Positions 1 through 9,005 of a stretch of 64,000 nucleotides of DNA are shown here, piece after piece. A model generated the notes under the pieces. The model was given only the letters and a program-made list of their open reading frames with translations, did no database searches and had not been told where the DNA came from. Both the position numbers and the translations under genes were made by a program. This DNA comes from Gammaproteobacteria bacterium. Lineage in GTDB: Bacteria > Pseudomonadota > Gammaproteobacteria > Eutrophobiales > Eutrophobiaceae. Every line of letters begins with the position of its first letter. Within the stretch, counting starts at the first letter, position 1. The stretch spans positions 576,001 to 640,000 of the forward strand of contig CBDCDS010000003.1 of the NCBI GenBank assembly GCA_965215365.1. The letters run 5' to 3'.

Positions 1-111
1 ACGCTGAAACGGCTGGGCGGGGGCCTGGCGTTTACCAACCTGCCGGGTGGCGGCTTGCGCACCCGGATTGAACTGCCATTGCAACGGCTACTGGCGCGCA
101 ATGCCGGCTGA
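1..111 (+). CDS. regB: 3' end of RegB/PrrB-like sensor histidine kinase (partial)
   Basis: Frame 1 reads TLKRLGGGLAFTNLPGGGLRTRIELPL...*, a HATPase_c C-terminus, and overlaps the regA start. Confidence 0.7.
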   Translation, partial: TLKRLGGGLAFTNLPGGGLRTRIELPLQRLLARNAG

Positions 112-640
112 CAACAGACTGTTGCTGGTGGACGATGATGAGGTCTATTGCAATCTGTTGGCGCGGGCGCTGGCGCGGCGCGGGATGGAGGTGGTCAGCG
201 CCTATAACCGACAGGACGCGCTGGCGCAGGCCCGGGACAACTGCCCCGGGGTGGCCGTGGTGGACTTGCGCATCGGTGCTGATTCAGGCCTGGAACTGCT
301 CCCGGCGTTGTTAGATACCAACCCGGCTATGCGTATCATCGTCTTAACCGGCTATGCCAGCATTGCCACTGCGGTAGCGGCCATCAAGCTGGGCGCGCGG
401 CAATACCTGACCAAGCCCGCGGATGCAGACGCCGTCATGGCAGCCATCCGGCAGGAAACGGGCCGCGCGGATGTTGCCCTGCGGGACACGCCGGTGCCTT
501 TGGCCAGGCTGGAATGGGAACACATACAGAAAACCCTGGCGGAATGCGACGGCAACATCTCTGCCGCGGCGCGGCGGCTCGGTATGCACCGGCGCACCCT
601 GCAAAGAAAATTGCAAAAGCGCCCGGTCAGGATGGGCTAA
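101..640 (+). CDS. regA: RegA/PrrA/ActR response regulator
   Basis: Receiver domain (LLVDDD, VVDLR, LTGYASIATAV) plus EWEHIQ...GNISAAARRLGMHRRTLQRKL Fis-type HTH; ATG at 101 preferred. Confidence 0.93.
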   Translation: MPADNRLLLVDDDEVYCNLLARALARRGMEVVSAYNRQDALAQARDNCPGVAVVDLRIGADSGLELLPALLDTNPAMRIIVLTGYASIATAVAAIKLGARQYLTKPADADAVMAAIRQETGRADVALRDTPVPLARLEWEHIQKTLAECDGNISAAARRLGMHRRTLQRKLQKRPVRMG

Positions 641-1481
641 CCCGCACCTGTACGTTGTCAATCAGGCGCGCTGGCCCCAGCCAGGCTGCGGCCAGAATGG
701 ACAGGCGGGTGTCTGCCGGCGCCGGCGCGCGCAGGTCTTCACTGCGGCGGACGCTGACGTATTCGGGCCGGAACCCGGCCTGCTCCAGCTTGTGCATGGC
801 CTCCCGTTCAATGGCTTTCAGGTCGGCGCCCTGACGCAAACTGGCGGCTGCGGCTTGCAGGGTATGGTAGATCGCTGGCGCCTGACGCCGTTCCGCCGGC
901 GCCAGATAGGCATTGCGGGAACTCATCGCCAGCCCGTCCGCCTCGCGCACGATGGGCATGCCGACGATCTCCACCGGCAGGCATAAGTCCCGCACCATAC
1001 GCTTGATGACCAGCAACTGCTGGTAGTCCTTCTCGCCGAACAGGGCCACATCCGGTTGCGCGTTGGCGAACAGCTTGGCGACTACGGTGGCGACCCCGGA
1101 GAAGTGGCCGGGCCTGAATTCCCCGCACAGTATGTTGGATAATTCCGGCACGTTGACGCGGGTGTCGGCATCGGTGCCGCCCGGGTAAAGCTGGTCCAGG
1201 TCCGGCGTGAACAGCAGGTCCAGGCCATACTTTTCCAGGTTTTTCTTGTCCTCGGCCAGGGTGCTGGGATACTTTTCGTAATCTTCCCCCCTGCCGAATT
1301 GTATCGGGTTCACAAAAATACTGACTACGGTGCGCGCCGCGCACGCGCGGGCCTGGCGCAGCAACGACAGGTGCCCGTCATGCAGGTTGCCCATGGTAGG
1401 GACTAAGGCGATGCTGTGTCCGGCCTGGCGCCAGCTGCCGATGCGCGCACGCAAATCGGCCAGACTCGATACCGTTTCCAT
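627..1481 (-). CDS. panC: Pantoate--beta-alanine ligase
   Basis: VPTMGNLHDGH, SIFVNPIQF, RPGHFSGV, FGEKDYQQ, AMSSRN motifs. Confidence 0.97.
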   Translation of the reverse strand: METVSSLADLRARIGSWRQAGHSIALVPTMGNLHDGHLSLLRQARACAARTVVSIFVNPIQFGRGEDYEKYPSTLAEDKKNLEKYGLDLLFTPDLDQLYPGGTDADTRVNVPELSNILCGEFRPGHFSGVATVVAKLFANAQPDVALFGEKDYQQLLVIKRMVRDLCLPVEIVGMPIVREADGLAMSSRNAYLAPAERRQAPAIYHTLQAAAASLRQGADLKAIEREAMHKLEQAGFRPEYVSVRRSEDLRAPAPADTRLSILAAAWLGPARLIDNVQVRVSPS

Positions 1482-1542
1482 GATCGGTGTCCCGGTCAAC
1501 GGCGCGGTGATGTGTGGGTCTTTAGCCCGCATAATCATACTC

Positions 1543-2340
1543 TCACTTGAAGGAATTTTCCGGCCCCGGGAATTCACCGGCTTTGACTGCGCGCACATAT
1601 TCCTGCACGGCAGCCGCTACGCCGCCGCTCCCTGCCAGAAAGTTTTTGGCCAGGTGCGGGCGGTATGGGGAGATGCCGAGCATGTCATAGCTGACCAGCA
1701 CCTGACCGTCGCAGTGTTCACCGGCACCGATGCCGATGGTGGGGATGGTAAGTGCGTCACTGATGCGTGCGGCCAGGCTGGCGGGGATACATTCCAGCAC
1801 CACCATGGCGGCGCCGGCGCTCTGCAGGGCCTGCGCGCCAGCCATGATGCGCCGGGCCTGGTGTTGCTCCCGGCCCTGCACCTTGAAACCGCCATACTCG
1901 CGCACCGACTGAGGCTGCATCCCCACATGGCCGCAGACCGGAATACCCTGTTCAACAAGACCGGCCACGGTTTGCGCCTGCTCCTCGCCGCCTTCCAGTT
2001 TCACCACCTCGGCGCCGCCCTCCGCTACCAGCCGGCGCGCATTCTCACCAGCCAGGGCCGGCGTCTCGTAGCTCAGATACGGCATATCGACGACCACCAG
2101 CGCCCGCCGGCAGGCGCGGCTGACCAGGCCGCTGTGGTAAACCATGTCGTCCATGGTCACGCTCAAGGTGTCTTCCCGGCCCTGCAGGACCATGCCCAGC
2201 GAGTCGCCCACCAGGGCGATGTCCATACCGGCCGCGTCCAGGATCGCAGCGAAACTGGTATCGTAGGCAGTGAGGGCGGCGATTTTCTCCCCGGCCTGTT
2301 TCATCCCCTGCACGCGTGCAATGCTCAGCTTGTCATTCAT
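1543..2340 (-). CDS. panB: 3-methyl-2-oxobutanoate hydroxymethyltransferase
   Basis: LTAYD, LVGDSLG, VKLEGG, GIGAG, DGQVLV motifs. Confidence 0.97.
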   Translation of the reverse strand: MNDKLSIARVQGMKQAGEKIAALTAYDTSFAAILDAAGMDIALVGDSLGMVLQGREDTLSVTMDDMVYHSGLVSRACRRALVVVDMPYLSYETPALAGENARRLVAEGGAEVVKLEGGEEQAQTVAGLVEQGIPVCGHVGMQPQSVREYGGFKVQGREQHQARRIMAGAQALQSAGAAMVVLECIPASLAARISDALTIPTIGIGAGEHCDGQVLVSYDMLGISPYRPHLAKNFLAGSGGVAAAVQEYVRAVKAGEFPGPENSFK

Positions 2341-2840
2341 GCTGGCGCGATACCCGCATGACCGACGCGCGCCAGCCACTCCGCGGCCCGACCAAGGCCG
2401 GGCAGGTCCAGGTCCGGCGCCAGCTCGAGCAACGGCATCAGCACAAAATTCCGATGTTTAAGCTGTGGGTGCGGCACCACCAGTTCGGGCTCATCAATAA
2501 TCTCATCACCGTACAGCAGTATATCAAGATCCAGGGTGCGCGCCCCCCATCTGGGCCCGTTCCGCACCCGTCCCTGGTCGTTTTCAATGGCTTGCAGTTG
2601 CCCCAACAGTTGCCGCGCCGGCAGGCCACAAGCAAGCCGCGCCACTGCGTTCAGGTAATCCGGCTGGCCGCTCGGCCCCAGCGGCTTACTGCGATAATAC
2701 GAGGAATGCTGCACCAGCTTTGTATCCGGGATAGTATCCAGCGCCACCAGCGCCGCGTCCAACCGGGCCGCGGGGTTATCAAGGTTGCTGCCCAGGCCGA
2801 TGTAGCATTCCACGCTGTGTGGCAGCTGTTTATGCCTCAT
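2337..2840 (-). CDS. folK: 2-amino-4-hydroxy-6-hydroxymethyldihydropteridine diphosphokinase
   Basis: YIGLGSNL, YLNAV, RWGARTLDLDILL, PHP motifs. Confidence 0.96.
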   Translation of the reverse strand: MRHKQLPHSVECYIGLGSNLDNPAARLDAALVALDTIPDTKLVQHSSYYRSKPLGPSGQPDYLNAVARLACGLPARQLLGQLQAIENDQGRVRNGPRWGARTLDLDILLYGDEIIDEPELVVPHPQLKHRNFVLMPLLELAPDLDLPGLGRAAEWLARVGHAGIAPA

Positions 2841-2858
2841 CCCTGTGTAACAGTATTA

Positions 2859-4139
2859 TCACCGGCGGCGGCGGCGGTTGCGCCGGTTACGGGTGGGGCT
2901 TTTTGTTTCCGGCTGGTCCTGTTGAAACTGTGTCCACCACTTCGCCAGCTCGGCCACATCCTCCCCGGATTGCGCGCGCAGCAACAGAAAATCATAGCCG
3001 GCCCGGAACCGGGGGTTTTCCATTAACCGCTGCGGGCGGCGGTTGCTGCGCCGGGTCAGGCGTGGCTGTAACTGCCAGATCTCGCGCGCCATGCCGGTAA
3101 AGCGGCGCGGCACGGCGATGGCGCGGGTTTGCCGGGAGACAACGATATCCCCGGCCAGCATGAGGGCGTCCATTTCATTCATGCCCCGGGCGATATGTTC
3201 CCGGATCAGTTTCTCCATGGGCAGCCATAACAGCGCGGCGATGAGAAACCCCGGCGTCACCGGCTTGTTCTGCGTCAGCCGCTCGTCGGTGTTGCGCAGC
3301 GCGTTGGTCAGGAACGTGTGGGGAAAGCCGCCTTGTTGCTCTGTCAGCGTGTCCTCGGTTTGTGGAAATAATTGCTTGAACAGGTCATAACGGCGCAGTT
3401 GTTCAAAGGTTTGCAAGGCATAGCCATTAAAAAACAGTTTCAGGCATTCCTCGAACAGGCGCGCCGGCGCAATGTCACCCAGCGCTGAGGCCAGCTCCGG
3501 GATGCGGCTGCCGGTCTCCGGGCTGATCTTAAAGCCCAGCTTGGTTGCAAACCGCACCGCCCGCAGCAGCCGCACCGGGTCTTCGGTAAAACGCCGGCGC
3601 GGGTCACCAATCAACCTGATGCAGCCGGATTTTATGTCGTCCATGCCCTGTACATAGTCCACCACCGACTCGTCTGCAATATTGTAGAACAAGGCATTAA
3701 CGGTGAAGTCGCGGCGCCAGACGTCTTCATCAATGCTGCCATAGACATTGTCGCGGATGATGCGTCCGTCCAAAACATGGCCGGCGTCGCCGCTGTCGTG
3801 ATGCGGGGCGCGGAAGGTGGATACCTCCACAATCTCAGCGCCAAAGCGCACATGGGCGAGCCGGAACCGACGTCCGATCAGGCGGCTGTTGCGAAACAAT
3901 TCCCTTATCTGCTCCGGCGTGGCGTCCGTGACCACATCGAAGTCCTTGGGCTCGCGCCCGAGCAGCAGGTCGCGCACCCCGCCACCGACCAGATAACCGG
4001 CATAACCGGCATTCTTCAAGCGGTACAATACCTTCAGCGCGCCCTGACTGATGTTGCTGGTGGAGATGTTGTGTCTGGCACGAGGAATAATGTCGGGCGT
4101 CGGGCGCAGGTAAGAAACTTTATCGTGGTTTTTTCTCAT
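2859..4139 (-). CDS. pcnB: Poly(A) polymerase I
   Basis: VGGGVRDLLLG, KDFDV, LIGRRFRLAHV, RRDFTVNA, FRAGYDFLLLR, Arg-rich tail; pcnB-folK-panB-panC synteny. Confidence 0.96.
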   Translation of the reverse strand: MRKNHDKVSYLRPTPDIIPRARHNISTSNISQGALKVLYRLKNAGYAGYLVGGGVRDLLLGREPKDFDVVTDATPEQIRELFRNSRLIGRRFRLAHVRFGAEIVEVSTFRAPHHDSGDAGHVLDGRIIRDNVYGSIDEDVWRRDFTVNALFYNIADESVVDYVQGMDDIKSGCIRLIGDPRRRFTEDPVRLLRAVRFATKLGFKISPETGSRIPELASALGDIAPARLFEECLKLFFNGYALQTFEQLRRYDLFKQLFPQTEDTLTEQQGGFPHTFLTNALRNTDERLTQNKPVTPGFLIAALLWLPMEKLIREHIARGMNEMDALMLAGDIVVSRQTRAIAVPRRFTGMAREIWQLQPRLTRRSNRRPQRLMENPRFRAGYDFLLLRAQSGEDVAELAKWWTQFQQDQPETKSPTRNRRNRRRRR

Positions 4140-4169
4140 AGACTGCTATTATACTACAAAACCACACCC

Positions 4170-4245
4170 GCTCCCTTCGTCTAGTGGCCCAGGACGCTGG
4201 CCTCTCACGCCGGAAACAGGGGTTCGATTCCCCTAGGGAGCGCCA
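4170..4245 (+). tRNA. tRNA-Glu (anticodon CTC)
   Basis: GCTCCCT acceptor stem pairing with AGGGAGC, D arm, anticodon loop CT-CTC-AC, GGTTCGATTCC T arm, encoded CCA. Confidence 0.95.
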
Positions 4246-4260
4246 TTTCACGCCGAGGAT

Positions 4261-4281
4261 AAGCCCTGTTACAGGGGCTTA
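4261..4281 (+). terminator. Hairpin downstream of tRNA-Glu, possible terminator
   Basis: TAAGCCCTG-TTAC-AGGGGCTTA imperfect inverted repeat; weak U tract. Confidence 0.4.
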
Positions 4282-4381
4282 ATGAACAGAGATATTTCCT
4301 TACCACCCGGTGAACTGCCTGCCTTTCCCAAGCGCCCTATAATTCGGACTCATTTGCTAAATCGCATATATCGGCAGATTA

Positions 4382-4612
4382 TCAATCGAAGTTCCCACCA
4401 AGAAACTTATCCAGGGTAAGCTCAATATCCTTTGCGACCTGTCGTAGTAAAATTGGAGAAATATCACGACCTTTGTGGAATGGGATGGTTGTTGCCCTGC
4501 CGTCAGGGTGACGAAACTGCCTGTGGGAGCCACGGCGTCTTGCTTCTTTGAAACCCGCAGAGATTAGCAGGCGCATTACCTCTTGCGGCTTAAGAACCGG
4601 AACTTTTGACAC
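4382..4612 (-). CDS. hicA: HicA-family toxin (mRNA interferase)
   Basis: GF..R.RGSHRQFRHPDGR.TTIPFH motif, 76 aa. Confidence 0.9.
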   Translation of the reverse strand: MSKVPVLKPQEVMRLLISAGFKEARRRGSHRQFRHPDGRATTIPFHKGRDISPILLRQVAKDIELTLDKFLGGNFD

Positions 4613-4615
4613 TTT

Positions 4616-4822
4616 TCAGGCTATAGCGATTTGTTGCGTTCCTACAAACTCGGTTCCCAGTTCAGGTGTACCGTCTTCCAGCAACAGGGCCATGACTTCA
4701 TGCAGGTTCTTATTCAGTTCATCAAGGGTTTTTCCTTGAGAATGAGCGCCTGTAAAACCCGGCACATAGCCTACATAAAGTCCTGTTTCCTTGCAGTGCT
4801 CAACAACTGCCGTAAAATTCAT
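4616..4822 (-). CDS. hicB: Short HicB-family antitoxin lacking a DNA-binding domain
   Basis: YVGYVPGFTGAHSQGKTLDEL..NL.E motif, 68 aa, upstream of hicA. Confidence 0.88.
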   Translation of the reverse strand: MNFTAVVEHCKETGLYVGYVPGFTGAHSQGKTLDELNKNLHEVMALLLEDGTPELGTEFVGTQQIAIA

Positions 4823-4945
4823 GTTAATACCTCATGACTTTCAAAGACGAGTCGGACAATATTCAAATGACCGCACACAGGGTATATCAACCAAGTGCTT
4901 TCATCAACATACGAAGCTTCATCTGATTAAAGATCCCTCAAGACC

Positions 4946-7837
4946 ATGACAAGAGCATCCACGACAGAACCGGCATTCAACGTCATACTGGGAGAGGCGC
5001 TGCGTAACAAGCACCCGCTTTGGACGCAGTATCTCGGCGCCGAGCAAACCCGGGTGATGGAGCGGGCGCCGGGGAAACAACCCGATATTGTTATTGCGGT
5101 GCCCAATAGCACGCCGGTTGTTATTGAAACAGAATATTTTCCGGCTGTTACCGTCGAGCAAGATGCTCGCGCCCGGCTGAATGAAGCGCTGACAAGCACC
5201 GGTAGAACTATTGAACACACGTTCGCAGTACGTATCCCCGAGAACATGAAAACTGCGCCACAGGGAGACCTCAGGTCCGATATTAAAACCACTGTTTTTG
5301 ACTACTGTATTTTTTCCCTGAAGATGGATTTAACCACGAAACCGACCATCGAACGCTGGCCGGAAAGGGGTTGGCTGAAGGGCGATATCAATGATCTTGC
5401 CAGCAGCATTGAGTCGGTTTCCATCTCTGAGTCACTGTTGGCAACCAGCACCGATGAACTTGAACGTGGCGTCGCGCAGGCAGCCAATATCCTGCAACAG
5501 GCGCCGACCCATACCGGGGAAAAAATTGCCCGGGAACTGCGCCAGGAAACAGGAGAGCAAACCGCGCGTATGGCCACGGCGATTATCGCCAATGCCATCA
5601 TTTTTCACACCCGGATAGAAGGCCAGCAGGGAATTCCCACCCTGTCCGAACTACAGTCAGAGACCGGCGCGTTGAGCCGCAACGGGCTGGTTGAATGCTG
5701 GCATTGGATTGTAGAGGAAATCAACTATCACCCGATATTCAGGATTGCCTCAGACCTGCTGAGACTGATTCCCACCCAACAGGCAGGCCCTATCCTGAAA
5801 CGGCTCGTGGAAACTTCCGACAGACTGACGGAAATTGGCGCAACCGGCATTAACGACCTGTCGGGGCGAATGTTCCAGACGCTTATATCGGACAGAAAAT
5901 TTCTGGCAACCTTCTACACCTTGCCCGTTTCTGCAACCTTACTGGCAGAGCTTGCCATGGCGCGGCTGGCGCTCGACTGGAGCGATGAGAACGCGGTCAA
6001 AGCCTTGCGGATCGGCGATCTGGCCTGCGGCACGGGCGCGTTATTGAATGCCGCCTATCATTCGATTCGAGCGCGCTTTCGGCGCGCCGGCCACGACGAT
6101 GCAAGCATCCATGCCGCGCTGATCGAAGCCTCCCTGTATGCCTGCGACATCATGCCGGCCGCTACCCATCTTACGGCATCGACATTGTCCAATGCGCATC
6201 CCGGAGCGACTTTCGGCAGCACCAGGATCATCACCATGCCCTACGGACATGATGAAGATAACGTCCCGCACATCGGGTCATTGGAATTGATTGCCCAGGA
6301 GGAAACCATGCCGTTATTCAGCTTGGGGCGAGAACAGTTGCAAGGCAGGGTGGGTGAGGGGGCTACTTCGAGTATCAGCGTTCCCCACCAATCCATGGAT
6401 GTCGTCATTATGAACCCGCCGTTTACCCGTCCGACCAACCATGAGTCCACCACCGTACCGGTGCCCTCATTCGCCGGATTTGGCGCCGGGCATCGCGAAC
6501 AGAGGGCGATGAGCGAACGGTTGAAAGTCATGCGCCGTTCACTTTCGGAACCGGCGGGGAACGGCAACGCCGGGTTGGCGTCAAATTTCCTCGACCTTGC
6601 CCATGTCAAGCTGAAGCCTGGCGGTGTATTGGCGCTGGTGCTGCCGGCGTCTTTCGCGCAAGGTGAATCATGGAGCGATGCGCGCCGGCTGTTATGCAGG
6701 CATTATCAGGACATGCTGATCGTCTCCATTGCCAATACAGGTAAAAACGACCAAGCATTTTCCGCAGACACGGGTATGGCGGAAGTGCTGGTGGTTGCGA
6801 AAAAGCGAGCAGACGACACTCCGGCTAACAGCGAAGAAGATAGCAAAAACACGATCCAATTCGCCAATCTGGTACGCCGACCTGTGCATCACGTGGCCGC
6901 AACGGAGGCAGCAAAGTCGATTGAAACCATCCGCAAAGATTCCGGCATGGGTCATATCAGGCTGGGAGATGAGTACAGTAACGGTGGGTGTATCAGCGCG
7001 GATCATTTTGAAGGCGGTTGCGCCGGTCTGGTGGAGCCGGTGCTTGCACAATTCATGCTATCGCTCGCGCAAGGGGTCTTTTCACATCCAAGAACAAATC
7101 AAATTGGCAACCTGCCGATTACCACACTGGGCAGCCTCGGTAACAGAGGGCTGGTTCATAGAGATATTATTGGAGACCCTCCCCGCGGGCCATTCGACAA
7201 GATCCCGTTACAGACATCCACACCAACCTACCCGGCATTGTGGAATCATGATGCAGAGCAGGAACGGTCGTTCATCGTTCAACCTGATTGCGAGCTGCGA
7301 GTCCGCCCCGGGCAGGCAGAACGATCTGCTAATATCTGGGAACACTCTGTTTCTCGACTTCATCTGACACTGGACTTTCGGTTAAACTCCCAAAGCCTTG
7401 CAGCCTGTTTTACCCCGGAAAAATCTGTCGGAGGAACAGCTTGGCCGAACTTCATCCCAGCGGATGATGCTTCACAAAGCGTGATTCTGCTCTGGTTCAA
7501 TTCGACCCTGGGGTTGATGAGTTACTGGTGGGGCGGCACTCGACAACAACTGGGTAGAACTCGCGTAACAATAAGCGCCCTACCGTCACTTCTCACACTG
7601 GATACACGGCAATTCGACCAGACCCGTTTCAATTCATGGAATGAGCTGTGCAAACGATTCGAAAAAACAACATTCTTACCCGCAAATGAAGCCTGCCAGG
7701 ACCACAACCGCATCGCCCTGGATAACGCAATATTGGACCTGCTTGGAATTGCTGCCTCGGTTACAGAAGGCTTCGACTTAATCCGCCGCCAATGGTGCAA
7801 CGAGCCGAGCGTGCATGGTGGGAAAGGTGGCAGGTAA
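4946..7837 (+). CDS. Fused restriction-modification protein (type IIG-like): putative nuclease + N6-adenine MTase + TRD
   Basis: N-terminal PD...IETE nuclease-like motif, FYT motif X, GDLACGTG motif I, NPPF motif IV, long C-terminal region. Confidence 0.8.
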   Translation: MTRASTTEPAFNVILGEALRNKHPLWTQYLGAEQTRVMERAPGKQPDIVIAVPNSTPVVIETEYFPAVTVEQDARARLNEALTSTGRTIEHTFAVRIPENMKTAPQGDLRSDIKTTVFDYCIFSLKMDLTTKPTIERWPERGWLKGDINDLASSIESVSISESLLATSTDELERGVAQAANILQQAPTHTGEKIARELRQETGEQTARMATAIIANAIIFHTRIEGQQGIPTLSELQSETGALSRNGLVECWHWIVEEINYHPIFRIASDLLRLIPTQQAGPILKRLVETSDRLTEIGATGINDLSGRMFQTLISDRKFLATFYTLPVSATLLAELAMARLALDWSDENAVKALRIGDLACGTGALLNAAYHSIRARFRRAGHDDASIHAALIEASLYACDIMPAATHLTASTLSNAHPGATFGSTRIITMPYGHDEDNVPHIGSLELIAQEETMPLFSLGREQLQGRVGEGATSSISVPHQSMDVVIMNPPFTRPTNHESTTVPVPSFAGFGAGHREQRAMSERLKVMRRSLSEPAGNGNAGLASNFLDLAHVKLKPGGVLALVLPASFAQGESWSDARRLLCRHYQDMLIVSIANTGKNDQAFSADTGMAEVLVVAKKRADDTPANSEEDSKNTIQFANLVRRPVHHVAATEAAKSIETIRKDSGMGHIRLGDEYSNGGCISADHFEGGCAGLVEPVLAQFMLSLAQGVFSHPRTNQIGNLPITTLGSLGNRGLVHRDIIGDPPRGPFDKIPLQTSTPTYPALWNHDAEQERSFIVQPDCELRVRPGQAERSANIWEHSVSRLHLTLDFRLNSQSLAACFTPEKSVGGTAWPNFIPADDASQSVILLWFNSTLGLMSYWWGGTRQQLGRTRVTISALPSLLTLDTRQFDQTRFNSWNELCKRFEKTTFLPANEACQDHNRIALDNAILDLLGIAASVTEGFDLIRRQWCNEPSVHGGKGGR

Positions 7838-7840
7838 GGC

Positions 7841-8050
7841 TTAACAGTCCTGCCGCCCGAACAACCTCAGCGGAATCCGTTGCAAACGGGCCTGCTGTTT
7901 CTCATTTGACTCCGTCGGTAGCAGCGGAATTTTTTCCAATATTGCCTCCATTTTATGCCACTCGTTAATCAATTCCATATCGATGTTCGGATTATTCTGA
8001 ATTACAGTTTCAACCTCTTGGATAAAGCGGTTTTCTTGGTGTGTGCTCAT
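7841..8050 (-). CDS. Small hypothetical protein
   Basis: 69-aa ORF whose start overlaps the upstream stop (ATGA). Confidence 0.45.
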   Translation of the reverse strand: MSTHQENRFIQEVETVIQNNPNIDMELINEWHKMEAILEKIPLLPTESNEKQQARLQRIPLRLFGRQDC

Positions 8051-8453
8051 ATAAATATCCGGCTATGTATGATGAATCCCCCGGCACCCGCATATTCCGC
8101 AAGAGACCAGAAATAACTCCAAACTAACTGCTTCAGCCGAGTGTCTTCGCCATAATCATTAATTCTCAAACGGAGGTCCCGCTCCAGAATGTCTTTGTGA
8201 ATACTTGAACCATGAGTATACCACCTTTGGTGATCATTCAACTTTTCTGCAATCTCTTTAGCCCTTTCTTGTTTGTGGGATTCGCTCTTTTCCCAGTTCT
8301 TGAATTTATACTTTGTCAACCAATCTCCAATGAGTGACACGGAAAGTTTTGCCGCTAATTCAAACTGGTGCAGCTGTGCCAGGTCCAGCTTGTTCAGTAG
8401 AATTAGCTCGGCGGATGATAGCTCTCCTTTTTTAGAGCTTTCTATCAATTTTT
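8047..8453 (-). pseudogene. 5'-truncated SDH/ClpP-like serine protease (C-terminal part)
   Basis: LDLAQLHQFE...WL.KYKFKNW...RA.EIA..LND..RW.THG resembles the C-terminus of this family from recall; 5' end cut by the MITE at 8454. Confidence 0.6.
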
Positions 8454-8628
8454 GTAACTACTCGCCCCCTCCCTCTAATTCTACTGAATTTTTTGTCAAG
8501 GCGTCCTTGACAACATAGCGTCATGGCGTTATGTTGGTCGTCATGGGGAATGCGTACCGAGGGTCGAAAGCCACGACGGGTCTGTGCCAGCCGCTCATTG
8601 CGATGAGAGGGAGGGGGCGAGTAGTTAC
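8454..8628. mobile_element. 175-bp MITE with perfect 23-bp terminal inverted repeats
   Basis: GTAACTACTCGCCCCCTCCCTCT (8454-8476) and its reverse complement (8606-8628); no transposase. Confidence 0.85.
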
Positions 8629-8767
8629 AAAAAAACATGGGATTTGTCGCAATCGGAAATAGTTATACAGGTTCGACTGCGTATTCTGGCGAACGTGAAC
8701 ACTGATTCCGGTTCATGGCGTGTTGTGTCTTTTTACCTCAAGTGTTCACGATGAGTGTCCAGGTTCA
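8628..8767 (+). repeat. Direct repeat copy A1 containing an IS21-like end remnant
   Basis: Matches 10734-10899 except for a 26-bp deletion and one substitution; contains TGCGTATTC...GTGAACACTGATTCCGG. Confidence 0.85.
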
Positions 8768-8860
8768 ATACATATGAGACTCAGAGGTGTTCTGTGTGTG
8801 TCCAGGTTCAATACCTGTGAGACTCAGGGATGTGCTGTGTGAATAGTTGATCATGCTCCA
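8756..8860 (-). mobile_element. Two tandem isolated right ends of the IS481-family element
   Basis: TGTCCAGGTTCAATAC..TGAGACTCAG at 8756 and 8799 match the reverse complement of the IS end at 48377. Confidence 0.85.
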
Positions 8861-8862
8861 TC

Positions 8863-8979
8863 TGCAAATGAACAAGCGCCGCCTTCCAGATACGATTCAA
8901 TGCAGCCTCTGAGCTCAGCTAACGCCGACGATGTGAAGTCCTTACCGCCGGCAAAATCCAAATCTTCACTGTAGCGCCC
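8863..8979 (-). pseudogene. Fragment of AbiEii-like nucleotidyltransferase toxin
   Basis: Manual translation GRYSEDLDFAGGKDFTSSALAELRGCIESYL carries the RxSEDLDF motif; no start and no full ORF. Confidence 0.65.
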
Positions 8980-9005
8980 CTAGCCGAGGACACCTTAAGG
9001 GTTTG

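Noticed and set aside
637-646. CTAACCCGCA at the regA/panC overlap resembling the MITE end
   Set aside because: Only 10 bp, inside overlapping coding ends; likely chance
1330-2361. 343-aa plus-strand ORF and similar long antisense ORFs (26158-26934, 30916-31869, 53967-55067, 62766-63797)
   Set aside because: Shadow frames of well-supported genes in GC-rich DNA, with no motifs of their own
8968-8985. CTAGGGGCGCTA on the minus strand as a possible attR of tRNA-Glu
   Set aside because: Short, imperfect, in inverted orientation, and largely explained by the AbiEii fragment
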